From contig CM059432.1 in NCBI GenBank assembly GCA_030390025.1, positions 19,532,001-19,596,000 of the forward strand: a stretch of 64,000 nt of DNA, read 5' to 3'. The notes under the pieces are model-generated. The model worked only from the letters and a program-made list of their open reading frames with translations. It made no database searches and had not been told where the DNA came from. A program made the position numbers and the translations under genes. This DNA is from Squalus acanthias (Eukaryota). Within the stretch, counting starts at the first letter, position 1, and each line of letters begins with the position of its first letter. Below are positions 25,466-38,409 of the stretch, piece after piece.

Positions 25466-26661
25466 ATTAACTCTGTTTCTCTCTCCACAGATGCTGCCTG
25501 ACCTGCTGAGTATTTCCAGCATTTTCTGTTTTTATTTGGGAATGATGGCTGTTCTGGCTCCATGTAGTCATCACCTACTTAAACTCCAGCACTACCCCTG
25601 CATCTATTAGGTTGTTTCCAACCCACACCTGAGCTCTTTAGGTTTCAGTGGGGTGTGTCCCTCCAGGGAGAGAGTGTGCCCTCAAATAGAAGCTCAGTAT
25701 AACCCGGTTTGGGGAGGATGAAGCTTGGTGCTCAATTGGTGTATGTGCCAGATGTCAGCTGACCAAAAATAAAAAAAACTTTTTCCGTGTAGACACACCT
25801 TTTAGAAAAGCTGAACATTCAGAACTAGAAGGAGAAATGGTGAATGCTGCCAGTAAGATTCTTCTCAGTAAACAAAAGGATGTGCCAGGTTGTCTATCTT
25901 TTATGTTCATACAACGTGAAATATTCAGCACAATGTGTCTGCCAGATATGATTGTGGAAAATAAACATGCAATGTGAGGCCTGTCTCTTATGCCTCGCAG
26001 TATTAAAGAGAACTCCGAGGTTTGGTTTGGTTTTTTTAAATCCACATTTCTTGGTAAACCATTTGTCTTTTTAAAAATACAACTATCAGCTTCACAGACC
26101 CAGCACAGTATCCCATCTGTGCACTTACAATTCAAAGGTTACAAGTCATAAACAATAAATCAATAACAATTTTGAGTACATTAACAGTTTGGCCAAACCA
26201 TCTGCTGAGCAATCCTTGGAGAGACAGTACATTGACAGATAAATTGTGTTTTTGTTATCTTATTTCCCTCCCTGTCGATCAGTCTGATCTTCCTGGTGTT
26301 TAAGAATGGCCCTTGTAAAAGAACCATGACTTACATTTAATTGGACTACTTAAAGCCAACACTATCCAATTTAAAACAAATGTCTTCGAGGGGCTTTGTG
26401 CAACTCTTCTGAGTAGTTGGATTCTCCAGAGGATAACACAAACCCAGTTAAATTTCATCAAATTCAGCAAAGATTTAGTTGTAGCAGATGGTTGTAAGTT
26501 TTCAAACGGGTAGCAAATCTGAAGCATAATGTCTGTATTCAATTAAAACAAAAATTGAAAAGAGCTCCGTCGATGGATCATTGAGTTTATCCAGTGAGTA
26601 GCTCAGCCATGCAAGGTCCCAGGTGCGGAGTTAACTGACCACGGGTGGCCATAGGAACATA

Positions 26662-28245
26662 GGCCGCGATTTCGCCATCGGAGGCGGAATTGCGGCGAGA
26701 GAGGTCATTGGCAGGTCCCGGTCCTGGCTCCAGCCGCTCTGTGAAAAGGATTTTCCCCTGATTGGGCTTGTTAAGCCCGCCCTGCGAGGTTCCCGGCCAA
26801 TTAAAAGGAAGCGGGTCTGATGATGTTATTTGATGACGCATCATTCTTAAAGGGACCATGGCCGCATTCATTTTGACAGTTGTTCTGTCAGTGTTCTGCA
26901 GCATTGAGGTGCTGCAAACACTGACAAGCACTGCACAAAGGTGCACGGCTGCACCCAGGCTCTCACATGACTCACAGCACACAGGGAGGTTCTCTTCGCT
27001 TCCAAGGGCGGAAGAGAGCTCCCCAGGACACCAACACAGCCTGGTTGCACATTGCACAGGAGGACACAAGCAGGGATGTCGTCAGGAGGACGTGGCTGCA
27101 GTGGCGCAAACCTTTCATTGATCTCGGTAGATCACGAAACGTTACTGCAAAGCCACACTCAACCTCATCCTGCTGTGTCACTCATCACATCCCCATCACA
27201 CTGCCTTCCCTACAGTACTCCTGCACATCCTTACTCACACCAACATTTTTATGCAATGTTTTATGCAATGTTCATGTAAATTTTCTGTTCATGTGTTGTC
27301 AAACATTGAAATCCAAATTTTCAAAACTTTACCTTATTGGACAGATCTGTGCTCACCTTTGGAAGTATCTTCGTGAGTTGCAGTGAATGTTGAGATATAA
27401 CTTTCGCCCCCCGCCCCCAATTTTGATGAGTGTGAAAGGAATGGCTTGGTCATTGTAGGGATGCTTTATGGTGTTGGTGTGGGGTGGTGTCAACCTGGCG
27501 CATCATGTGGCAGCCAGGGTGTACAGCATCAAGTGCAGTAAATCTGGCCATGGTGATGCCATCGATGGCCTTCTGGGCAGCAATGTTGTCGGGTGCTGAT
27601 GCCCTGTGTCCTGTGCAGCATCAGGTGATTGCGGAGAAGGCTGGTGTTTTTGTTGGTGTGCCTGGTGATGTTGGTGTTGGGGCTGATCGTGGAAAGATTC
27701 AGAGGACCAAGGTGAAATTTTTTCAAAGGCACCGATGTTGCTGGAATAGATGGCAGCTGAAGTTGAGATGACAGAAGCGATCTGTCAATGGTGAGAGAGC
27801 TTGCTCCAAGGAGGTGACAGTGGATAGAGAGTTTACTCCAAACACTTTCAAACTGCATACAGCTCAAAAGTGTCTTCCAAGTCCTGAAGGCTCCAGCTTC
27901 TGACATTGGAAAGTGACCAGCTGTGAAATGGTAGCTTTCATACAACTTTTGCAGCTGTCAACTAGTCACAGCAATGGGGAGACATAGAGAACCCAACATA
28001 CTTACCTGACGTGATCTCCAAACGACGTGAACCTCGTTAAAAAGTGGTAAAATAGAAATAGGCTGGCAAAATAGTAGTTAACAAGAGTTTAACAAGCATT
28101 TAACTATCTTAAATGCCTCCCCCGCCACTTGGTGTCGGGTCTGTACTGAAATCGCAGACCCGACATTTTGGAAACTTACATGGAGGCGGGTTTACAGTGG
28201 GATACCGACCGACTGTAAATCTTTCCGATTTTGACAGCGGACCTG
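26662..28245. mobile_element. Deleted Harbinger element (Myb exon 1 + nuclease N/C stubs)
   Basis: Left end GGCCGCGATTTCGCC. 26930-27140 matches Myb exon 1 of the 52.1-kb element, and 27430-27900 matches 55730-56170. Sits in a CR1 tail. Confidence 0.8.
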
Positions 28246-28364
28246 CCATTTAACCCCTCGAGCCTGTTCCACCATTCAATGAGATCATGGCTGATCTGCG
28301 ATCTAACTCCACATACCTGCCTTTGGCCCATATCCCTTTATACCTTTGGTTAACAAAAAGCTAT

Positions 28365-30250
28365 CATAGAATCATAGAAAGTTACAGCACGGAAGGAGGC
28401 CATTTCGGCCCATCGTGTCTGCGCCGACCAACAAAGAGCTAGCCAGCCTAATCCCACTTCCCAGCTCTTGGTCCATAGCCCTGCAGGTTAGAGCATCCCA
28501 AGTGCACATCCAAGTACTTTTTAAATGTGGTTAGGGTTCCTGCCTCTACCATCCTTTCAGGCAGTGAGTTCCAGACTTCCACAACCCTCTGGGTGTAGAA
28601 ATTTCCCCTCAAATCCCCTCTAAACCTTCCACCAATTAATTTAAAGCTGTGCCCCCTAGTTTTTGAACCCTCTGCAAAGGGAAATAGGTCCTTTCTATCC
28701 ACTTTATCTATGCCCCTCATAATTTTATACACCTCAATAAGGTCTCCCCTCAGCCTCTTCTGTTCCAAGGAAAACAGACCCAGCCTATCCAGTCTTTCCT
28801 CATAGCTAAGATTCTCTACTCCCGGCAACATCCTTGTAAATCTCCTCCGTACACTCTCTAGTGCAATCACATCTTTCCTGTAATGTGGTGACCAGAACTG
28901 CACGCAGTACTCTAGCTGAGGCCTAACTAGTGTTTTATACAGTTGAAGCATAACCCCCCCTGCTCTTGTATTCTATGCCACGGCTAATAAAGGCAAGCAT
29001 TCCGTATGCCTTCTTGACCACCTTATCTACCTGGCCTGCTACCTTCAGGAAAATGTGAACAAGCACTCCAAGGTCGCTTTGTTCCTCTACACTATTCAGT
29101 ATCCTACCATTTAATGTGTATTCCCTTTCCTTGTTAGCCCTCCCCAAATGCATTACCTCACACTTCTCCAGATTGAATTCCATTTGCCACTGTTCTGCCC
29201 ACCTGACCAATTTATTGATATCTTCCTGCAGTCTACAGCTTCCTTCTTCAGTATCAACCACACAGCCGATTTTAGTATCATCTGCAAACTTCTTAATCAT
29301 ACCCCCTATATTCAAGTCTAGATCATTGATCTATACCACAAAAAGCAAGGGACCTAGTACTGAGCCCTGCGGAACCCCACTGGAAACAGCCTTCCAGTCA
29401 CAAAAACACCCATCAACCATTACCCTCTGCTTCCTGTCTCCGAGGCAGTTTTGAATCCAACTTGACACTTTGCCCTGGATCCCATGGGCTTTTAACTTCG
29501 TGACCAGTCTGCCATGTGGAACTTTATCAAAAGCCTTGCTAAAGTCCATATACACTACATCAAACGCACTACCCTCATCTACCCTCCTTGTTACCTCCTC
29601 AAAAAATTCAATCAAGTTTGTCAGACACGACCTTCCGTAAACAAATCCGTGCTGACTATCCATGTCTTTCTAAATGAAGATTTATCCTGTCCTTCAGAAT
29701 TCTTTCCAATAATTTTCCCACCACCAAGGTTAGGCTGACTGGCCTGTAATTACTCGGTCTATCCTTTTCTCCCTTTTTAAACAAGGGTACCACATTAGCA
29801 GTCCTCCAGTCCTCCGGCTCCACACCTGAAGCCAGAGAGGATTGAAAAATGATGGTCAGGGCCTCTGCTATTTCCTCTTTTGCTTCACTTAACAGCCTGG
29901 GATACATTTCATCCGGGCCTGCGGAATTATCCACTTTTAAAACTGCTAAACCCTTTAATACTTCCTCTCTCACTATGTTTATTTCATCTAATATTTCACA
30001 CTCCTCCCCCGATAGCAATGTCTGCTTCGCCCCCCTCCTTTGTGAAAACAGACGCAAAGTATTCATTAAGAACACTACCGACGTCTCCCGCCTCCACACA
30101 CAGATTACCCTCATGATCTCGAATAGGCCCTATCCTTTCTTTAGTTATCCTCTTACTCTTAATATATTTATAAAACATCTTTGGGTTTTCCTTGATTTTA
30201 CTTGCCAAGAATTTTTTCATGCTCTCTCTTTGCTTTCCTAATATCCTTTT
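28365..30250 (-). mobile_element. 5'-truncated CR1 LINE (RT region, frameshifted) inserted in an older CR1 3' fragment
   Basis: [49 protein letters not shown]. The host fragment lies at 28252-28364 and 30251-30400. Confidence 0.92.
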
Positions 30251-30914
30251 TAATCCGATTTAAAATTAACAATTGATCTAGCATCAATTGCCATTTGCGG
30301 AAGAGAGTTCCAAACTTCTGCCACCCTCTGTGTGTAGAAGTGTTGCCTAATTTCACTCTTGAAAGGTCTGCCTCTAATTTTTAGATTCTGCCCCCTGGCC
30401 CGCAACAGGGATGGTAAAATTAGCCTCAGTACTGTACTTTGGGTTAGTGAGAGGAAAATCATCCAGGATTCCCGCTCTTGATTGCTAAGTGGCTACCCCT
30501 TCTTAAAATGCTTGTGCTCGTGCTGTCAATGGGTAAGGACGGAATTGAGCTCAGCATCCTTTGGTTGAATAGCCTACCAACACTCCCTCTCTTGCTTATG
30601 AATACTGAACGAGGTGCCAGAGCATGAGCGGTGCCCATAAAATATGTACTCCTGAAATGAGTCAACAGCTTCACGAGAAGAGGGGAGGGGAGGGCAGAAA
30701 ATCAGCACAGAAAATTTGAAAAAGAGACTAATAATGAAAACATCAATTAGAGAAATATCATTATTGAACCAAGATTGTGCAAGCACTAGCCACAAGTAAA
30801 AAAAAAATTACTAAGAGTTTATTTCTCCAGTGATTTCCCTCCAACCTCTCTCTCTCTCTCTCTAAGTCCCTTACTCTCTCTGTTGTTTCTGTGGCAATCA
30901 CATTAAACTGGTTT

Positions 30915-31012
30915 AAAAACAGAAAATGCTGGAAATACTCAGCAGGTCAGGCAGCATCTGTGGAGAGAGAAACAGAGTTAACGTTTCAGGTCGATGACCC
31001 TTGGTCAGAACT
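30915..31012 (-). mobile_element. Short PLE-type terminal repeat with hammerhead-like motif
   Basis: Minus strand AGTT-CTGACCA-AGGGTC-ATC-GACCT-GAAA-CG-TT-AACT, followed by CTGTTTCTCTCTCCACAGATGCTGCCTGACCTGCTGAG. Relatives at ~34208-34306, ~43255-43550 and ~48373-48445. Confidence 0.6.
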
Positions 31013-31324
31013 TCGTTAAACTGGTTTTATGGCCACGTCCTTTTCCTTGCTCTGCAAACACCTTTGACTTTTTAAAGCAAGCAGCTCTATTTCTCAGTCC
31101 AGGCTGAAACGCGGCAGTAAAGCTGACAGATGCAGTTCATGAATAAGTAACAGATATATCAGAAACAACAAGCCCAGATGGAAAGGCGTTGCTTTTTACT
31201 GCGCAGACATTCCCCTCCCCTCCCCATCTTGGCAACACAGGAACTATTGTGCACCGCGGTGCGTTTGATCATTTCCGTCTCTGCCCATCCCTACTAATCC
31301 CATTTTTAATGTTGGAGAAAAATG

Positions 31325-31650
31325 AAAGAAAAAGAAAGACTGACTTGCATTTATATAGCGCCTTTCACGGACATCCCAAAGCGCTTTTCAGCCATTGAGT
31401 ACTTTTGGAGTGTAGTCACTGTTGTAATGTAGGAAACGCAGCAGCCAATTTGCGCACAGCAAGCTCCCACAAACAGCAATGTGATAATGACCAGATAATC
31501 TGTTTTTGTTATTGTTGATTGAGGGATAAATATTGGCCAGGACACCGGGGATAACTCCCCTGCTCTTCTTTGAAATAGTGCCATGGGATCTTTGACGTCC
31601 ACCTGAGAGAGCAGACAGGGCCTCGGTTTAATGTCTCATCCGAAAGACGT
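31325..31650 (-). mobile_element. Deu-domain SINE, 5'-truncated
   Basis: Reverse-complement match to the 3' two-thirds of 58335-58800. Confidence 0.88.
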
Positions 31651-31738
31651 TGAAACTTGCACGTTCCTGAGAATGCAATTTTGTTAACTGCACTGAAAAC
31701 TACCCCAGCTGATCACAACACATGGAAAGTCTCGAGAT

Positions 31739-32551
31739 TAGGGTGGCCACCCCTCCAGGATTGCCCTGGAGTTTCCAGGGATTAAAGGTTAAGACACTGC
31801 TGCCAGCAAACCCAGGAGAAAAATCACAAAGGCAATAAAATAAATTATGTTTCTTTACCATCTTCTTTGAAGACTTCACTTTATTAGTCATAAAAATATT
31901 GAAAATGGGAATAAAAGCTGTTTGACTGGGAGGGGCGGTTGGAGGCGGGAGGTCTACACCTGGAGTATTGTGTACAGTTTTGGTCTCCTAACCTAAGGAA
32001 GGATATACTTGCCATAGAGGGAGTGCAACAAAGATTCACCAGACTGATTCCTGGGATGGAGGGATTGTCCTATGAGGAGAGATTGAGTAGACTAGGCCTA
32101 TATTCTCTCGAGTTTAGAAGAATGAGAGGTGATCTCATTGAAACATACAAAATTCTTACAGGGCTTGACAGGGTAGATGCAGGGAGGATGTTTCCCCTGG
32201 CTGGGGAGTCTAGAACCAGGGGTCACAGTCTCAGAATAAGGGGTCGGCCATTTAGGACTGAAATGAGGAGAAATTTCTTCACTCAGAGGGTGGTGAATCT
32301 TTGGAATTCTCTACGTCAGAGGGCTGTGGAGGCTTAGTCGTTGTGTATATTCGAGACAGAGATCGATAGATTTTTGAATATTAAGGGAATCAAGGGATAT
32401 GGGGATAGTGCAGGAAAGTGGAGATGAGGTAGAAGATCAGCTATGATCTTATTGAATGGTGGAGCAGGCTCGAAGGGCCAAATGGCCTACTCCTGCTCCT
32501 ATTTCTTATGTTCTTATGTCATGTGATGGAACCTCCAGGTTGGCAACCCGA
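31739..32551. mobile_element. hAT-type MITE interrupted by a CR1
   Basis: TIR TAGGGTGGCCACC / GGTTGGCAACCCGA. 8-bp TSD CTCGAGAT (31731-31738) / CTCGAGAC (32552-32559). Confidence 0.7.
31955..32518 (+). mobile_element. CR1 3' fragment
   Basis: HLEYCVQFWSP...RLGLYSLEFRRMRGDLIETYKIL...RNFFTQRVVNLWNSL, with TTCTTATG tail. Confidence 0.92.
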
Positions 32552-32869
32552 CTCGAGACCCATTTTAAAGTCTAGGCCCTGGAGGCACTTGTTGCTGTTG
32601 TAATGGCGAAGAGGACAACTTCAGAAAAGATGCAAAGGAAGCAACTAGCTTAACAGAAAGTCAACATTACTTAAGAAGGAGGTCCAGAAACCATTGCCTG
32701 AATTAAAAAAAGAGGTAACCCAGAAATATTATGCTGAAGTAGGAACACAGGACATGTATAGAGATGAAGGAAAATAGTTTTTAAAGATATACGTAAAAAT
32801 GGCTGCAATGACCCAGAGAAATGCGAGCAGGGATCTTGCTAGTATGATATTGGAAGTGAACTCTATATC

Positions 32870-33565
32870 CAGTTGCACCTCCGGGGGGCGCTAATGGGGC
32901 GCAAAGGACTTTTCGCCCGGGCGCGGCACAGCTAACGACTCCCGCTAAATTCAGCAGGTGTTTAGCGGTGGCGGTAACCTGTAGCGCCCTGCTCCACTGC
33001 GAACGCTGATGACATCATCACCGTGCGCAGCCGCCCATTTTCACCCCGCCTGCAAAATTGGCCTGCGCCCCCTGAATCTGTGACGGGCGATGACAGTGAC
33101 CGATTCAGGGGGCGGGAACGGAGCGGCAGGAGGCTTGTGGGCCGGTAAGTAAAGGGGAGGTGGCGGGCGGGGGGAAAAAATCGTCCGACTTACTTGTCGC
33201 GGCCCGTTGCATCTTTGAACGCGGGGTCCGTGCCGCGATCTGGCAGCCCGGCACTCCTCTTGAGTGCCAGGCTGCTGGCACAGCACCCCGCTCCCTGATG
33301 GTCCGGATTGGGCCCCGCAGAGTTGTGGGCTTGGGCCCTCCCCCTTAATGAGGGGAGGAGCCTTTCCATGCGGCAGCACTACGTGGCCCAGTGCGTAGTG
33401 CTGCAGAACGCACTGCCCCGATATTCGGGGTTAGCGCGCTAAGAAGGAAGTGGAGCGCTTGATTTAACGCTCCACTTCCCTCTTGGGCCGCTAAAACTGA
33501 ATTTCGCGGTCGTCTGTGCTAATTAGCGCCGGGCGCCAAAATGGTCAATAACAAATGTTTTCCCC
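32870..33565. mobile_element. GC-rich Harbinger-type MITE related to 12102-12994
   Basis: Shares GGGCGCTAATGGGGCGCAAAG...GCCCGGGCGC at the left and GATTTA.CGCTCCACT...AATTAGCGCC.GGCGC at the right. Ends ...TTTTCCCC. Confidence 0.65.
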
Positions 33566-33666
33566 TATTGTAATTCTATGAACAAAGGTGGATAATAAGG
33601 TTTCAGTGAGTGCTGCACATGATCATATCAATTGCTGGAGGACACTGCTTAACCAACACTACTTAC

Positions 33667-33845
33667 GGCTGAAATTGGTTCGTGGTGAAACGCGAAACAG
33701 GTGATAGCGATCAACAGCCTGGTTTCCACCTCGTGCCATTTTCTTTTCCATGTACTTCAATGGAAAAGAAAATCACACGCAGTTTAAAAGAGTTGTCGAT
33801 TTGCTATCGTCTGTTTTGCCCTTTTGCCGATGACCAATTTCATCC
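33667..33845. mobile_element. Small palindromic MITE
   Basis: TIR GGCTGAAATTGG / CCAATTTCATCC, with an inner inverted repeat TTTTCTTTTCCAT...ATGGAAAAGAAAA. Confidence 0.6.
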
Positions 33846-36228
33846 TCTCTTTACTTCCCTCACAATCATTACCCATTTTATTAGCTTACCTTTCTTATTT
33901 CCTCTTGTTCCACCTGTGTATGCAAATATCTGTTGCTCTGGATCCAAACTCCTCCATGTCCCTAACTTCCCCCTTCCTGATTTGCTCTGCTCCTCTCCAA
34001 TCCCCACCCTCAGTCCTTTCTCCACCTCGCCTGCAGAAAGAACTTCCATTTATATGGCACCTTTCTAACTCTCGGGACACCCCAAATGCTTCACAACCAA
34101 TTAACTATTTTGCAGTACGGTCACTTTGTTATGTAGGAAAACGTGGCAGCCATTTTGCAAACAGCAAGGGTCCACAAACAGGAGTGAGACGAATAACCAG
34201 TTAATCTGAAATAAAAACAGAAAATGCTGAAAATACTCAGCAGGTCAGGGAAGCATTTGTGGAGCGAGGTCGATGTTTCAGGTCGATGACCTTCCGTCAG
34301 AACTGGAAAATGTTAATCTACTTTGGTGGTGATGGTTGAGGTATAGATTTGAGCCAAGAACGCCCTGGTATTCTTCAAAACAGTTCCATGGGATCGTTTA
34401 TACCCGCTGAGCAGGCAGACCTGATCTGAAAGGCAGCATCCCTGACAATATAACGTCCCCTCAGCATTAAGACGACTTAATAACCTCTATAATTAATGCG
34501 TCCATGTCTCTTGATATGGATGCATTAATTATAGAGGTTATCGAGCCTTCTGATAAATTTGTATTATCAGCAAAGCAAATGTCAGAGGTCAAGTCATGAC
34601 CCCCTGACCTATCTTGCGTCCCTGTCCGGTTTTGGACTTGGCGATCGGTAACAAACCATTTTATGAAGGTGCTGTGTCTAATGCGGAGGCTGGAGCCTGG
34701 TTTAGTTCTTGTAACACTTGGGGTTCAAATCCCTCCTGCTATTTGAGATCTGATTTGGAATGTTAACATTGTAAACAGAAATGCTAGTTTCCTTATTTCT
34801 GCCTTCCAGGCAGTTTGATAAGAATCCCTGCTGGGCCGTTAAGTGGAATATTTCTTTTTATTCCTCCATCACATATTATAGCTTTCCTTCCAGCTGAGAG
34901 CTTATTTTTCTTCCGTATTACTTTGAAAGTATTAACATTGTATTATTGGGTTTAGGATACATAGTGGGGCAGTGCATGGCTGCACTAACATCCTAAGGCA
35001 AATACAGGCTGATACCTGCAAAGTTTTTTGTTGATTTGCAACAATGACATTTTTGAGCAATTCTTTTGACAAGAATAAATTGCAGATCAACTGCTGAATA
35101 TTACACTTTAGCTGATTACCAGGGCCTTGAAATGGCATTGTGTGATCTCAATGTTTCAAAGCTTAATACATCTGAAGTCCCTCTACCTCTATTTTAGTGG
35201 ATCTACCAACCTGCCTAAAGTAAACGGGTTAAAACCTCTGCAAAAAAAAAAGCAGTGAGGAGGAATTTCAGATGAAAGTGTTTTATCCCACAGCATAATT
35301 TCAAGAGTAGGATGTTGATCGCCCGGGGTTTCTGTCGAACTTCCACCAAAGTTTTGGTGGCAGAGTGGCAGAAGCCCTGAAGAAATTCCTGGCGTTTGAC
35401 AATAAAGCTCCGTGGCCTTTTCGGAATCTTACTCTTGGGTCTAAACTCCTGGAATCCTAGTAATTCCTGCATTTTGCACCATTCAATGGAATCAAGAGCT
35501 GTCCAAGGTCAAAAGCCACTTCTGTTCTGCAGGTGTCACTCTTTTGCCTTTAGCTTGTTTAGAATTACTTTCACAGAGCCCAGATACTACCGCTGCCTAT
35601 GTTTCTGTCATAATTGGTTGACACAAGAAAGGGTACTACATTTGAAGGGGAGTTTAGACTTTTAAGGATATTGACTTATCTCCATCTTGAAGATCACAAG
35701 AGCTGAGGAAAACTCCAAACTCTTCACAAGTACATAGGACACTCCTTTGACATCTGGTCCCTTTGCACCAATTGTTTCGACATCATTTCACCTTGCGCAG
35801 CTTCAACGTTTTGTGTTACTGAGAGCTGCCATTCGCTGGCATGGAGAGATCATTAGCAGTGTTTTGTCATTGCTTGCCACTAGCTGATCTTCACAGAGAA
35901 ATCCTAAATACTAACAATTGCAATTGATAAATTATGCTAAAAAACCCATAGGCCATGAAATCATGCCATGGGATATTAGTGTACGAATGCTTAGCATACT
36001 TGTCCGAAATTCATTTCCTGTGTTATTTAACCCATTTATGTTAATGCCTCTGCTAGAATAGAGAAGGAAAGAATTTCAGATTATGCATTTTTTGTAGTAA
36101 TCCACTGCATAATTTCAGGCGCAAGTCTCGGTCAGTTGAAATTCCCTACTCTGAAGGAAGACTCGAGTAAATTCAGGCTCAAAGAGAGCACAGGACGGGG
36201 AATCAGCGCTGCAGTGTTGTAACACGTA

Positions 36229-36410
36229 TCATAGGAACAGGAGTAGGCCATTCAACCCCTCAAGCCTGTTCCGCCATTCAATTAGATCATGGCTGAACTG
36301 TACCTCAACCCCATTTACCTGCTGTTGTTCCATATCCTTTGGCACCCTTACCCAACAAAAATCTATCAATCTCAGTCTTGAAAGCTTTAATCGACCCAGC
36401 ATCCACAGCC
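36229..36410 (-). mobile_element. CR1 3' tail fragment
   Basis: CATAGGAACAGGAGTAGGCCATTCAACCCCTCAAGCCTG matches other CR1 tails in the window. Confidence 0.75.
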
Positions 36411-37124
36411 GTTTTTGGAGGCGGGGTGGGGGGGGGGGTGGGGTGGTGGTAAAAAGAGGTCCCGATCACAGCAGCATCGCCTCATTAACAGTGACCAATT
36501 GAATGTTTAGATTGTGGGGGGTGGGGGGAAGGGGGAGAAAGGAGTCAAAGATGATAACAGTTAAAGCTTGAAGATGTAAACCAATTGCATTTCTATCGCT
36601 GATTTATGCTCCGTTCGAGTACAGCTCCCGACTGAATTCACCTTGACACGTTTATTTAAAACACAGGGCGCTCCCTGTTTTTGATAATACATTAGTGATG
36701 TACCTGTGGTATTGCTCATGTTGAGTCAGAGAGTACACTATGTTGTAATGACAGGACTGTTATACCATGTAAATGCACCGTGTGTATATATATATATTTA
36801 AATACAGTTCATCTCCTGTGGCTTTGCTCACAGCCAAAATTAATTGCATCTCTCTTCATTCAGCACATAATCTAGGCTGAGACTCTAGTGCAGTAGAGAG
36901 GGTGCCATCCTTCAGCGCAGACATCAAAGAGAGATTCCACCTGCCTGCCCGCCCGCCTGTTCAGATGACTCAGGGAAGCATTAACGATTCAAGCCTAGAT
37001 GCCGAGAATTTCTTTGATGTGAATTACAATAATGTTGCACCTTTAAAAAAAAATTGGGCCTGCCAGTGGCCTACAGAGGGAGTCACATGCAGGTTTCCTG
37101 GGTTCAATCCTTTGGATCCCCTTT

Positions 37125-37885
37125 TTTTTATATTCGCTCATGGGATGTGGGCGTCGCTGGCAATGCCAGCATTTATTGCCCATCCCTAATTGCCCTTGAG
37201 AAGGTGGTGGTGAGCCACCTTCTTGAACCGCTGCAGTCTGTGTGGTGAAGGTACTCCCACAGAGCTGTTAGGGAGGGAGTTCCAGGATTTTGACCCAGGA
37301 ACGACGATATACTTCCAAGTCAGGATGGTGTGTGACTTGGAGGGGAACTTGGAGGTGGTGGTGTGCCCATGCGTCTGCTGCCCTTGTCCTTCTAGGTGGT
37401 AGAGGTCGCGAGTTTGGGAGGTGCTGCCGAAGGAGCCTTGGTGAGTTGCTGCAGTGCATCTTGTAGATGGTACACACTGCAGCCACGGTACGCCGGTGGT
37501 GGAGGGAGTGAATGTCTAATGTGGTGGATGGGGTGCCAATCAAGCGGGCTGCTTTGTCCTGGATGGTGTTGAGCTTCTTGATGCTTGTTGGAGCTGCACT
37601 CATCCAGGCAAGTGGAGAGTATTCCATCACATTCCTTACTTATGCCTTGTGGATGGTGGAAAGGCTTTGGGGAGTCAGGAGGTGAGACACTCGCCACAGA
37701 ATACCTAACCACTGACCTGCTATTGTTGCCATAGTATTTATGTGGCTGGTCAGTTAAATTTCTGGTCAATGGTGACCCCCAGGATGTTGATGGTGGGGGA
37801 TTCGGTGATGGTAATGCCGTTGAATGTCAAGGGGCGGTGGTTAGAGCTCTCGCTTGTTGGAGATAGTCATTGTCTGGCACTTCTA
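37125..37885 (-). mobile_element. LINE 3' fragment (same family as 1945-3920)
   Basis: Close match to 1950-2710. ORF MEYSPLAWMSAAPT..KKLNTIQDKAARLIG. Confidence 0.88.
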
Positions 37886-37914
37886 CTCATTGAGGGCCCT
37901 GCTTCACCCTGCTT

Positions 37915-38220
37915 CGGAGGTGCCATCTTTCAGATGAGATGTTAAACCTTTCAGGTGGACGCAAACGATCCTATGGCCCTATTTCAAAGAATTTCCCATG
38001 TGTCCTGGCCAATATTTATCCCTCAACCAACATAACAAAAACAGATTAACTGGTCATTATCACATTGCTGTTTGTGGGAGCTTGCTGAGTGCAAAATTGA
38101 CTGCCACATTTCCTACATTACAAAAGTGACTACACTTCAAAAGTACTTCATTGGCTGTAAAGTGCTTTGGGACGTCTGGTGGTCGTGAAAGACGCTATAT
38201 AAATGCAAGTCTTTCTTTTA
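37915..38220 (+). mobile_element. Deu-domain SINE, 5'-truncated
   Basis: Matches the 3' part of 58335-58800. Confidence 0.85.
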
Positions 38221-38409
38221 TATGCTTTATTGTATCTATTTCCTACTGTTATTTGTTTTGTTGTTCAGGTCACTGAAAACTAACTGTAAATGTGTCCAAT
38301 AGACAGTAATTGTGCCCAACTGCAGAGCTCACTGGCAGAACCGGGCAACAAAACTCTCACACACGAAAGGCATTATGCGGAGCAATTATTGACAATGACT
38401 GCTCACCAT

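Noticed and set aside
24957..25610. 217-aa plus-strand ORF
   Set aside because: Runs across the Harbinger right end, TIR and a flanking repeat, with no recognisable domain.
36419..36450. G-rich tracts (also ~7250-7280, ~18487-18497)
   Set aside because: Simple low-complexity runs within or beside repeats. G-quadruplex potential alone is not evidence of function.
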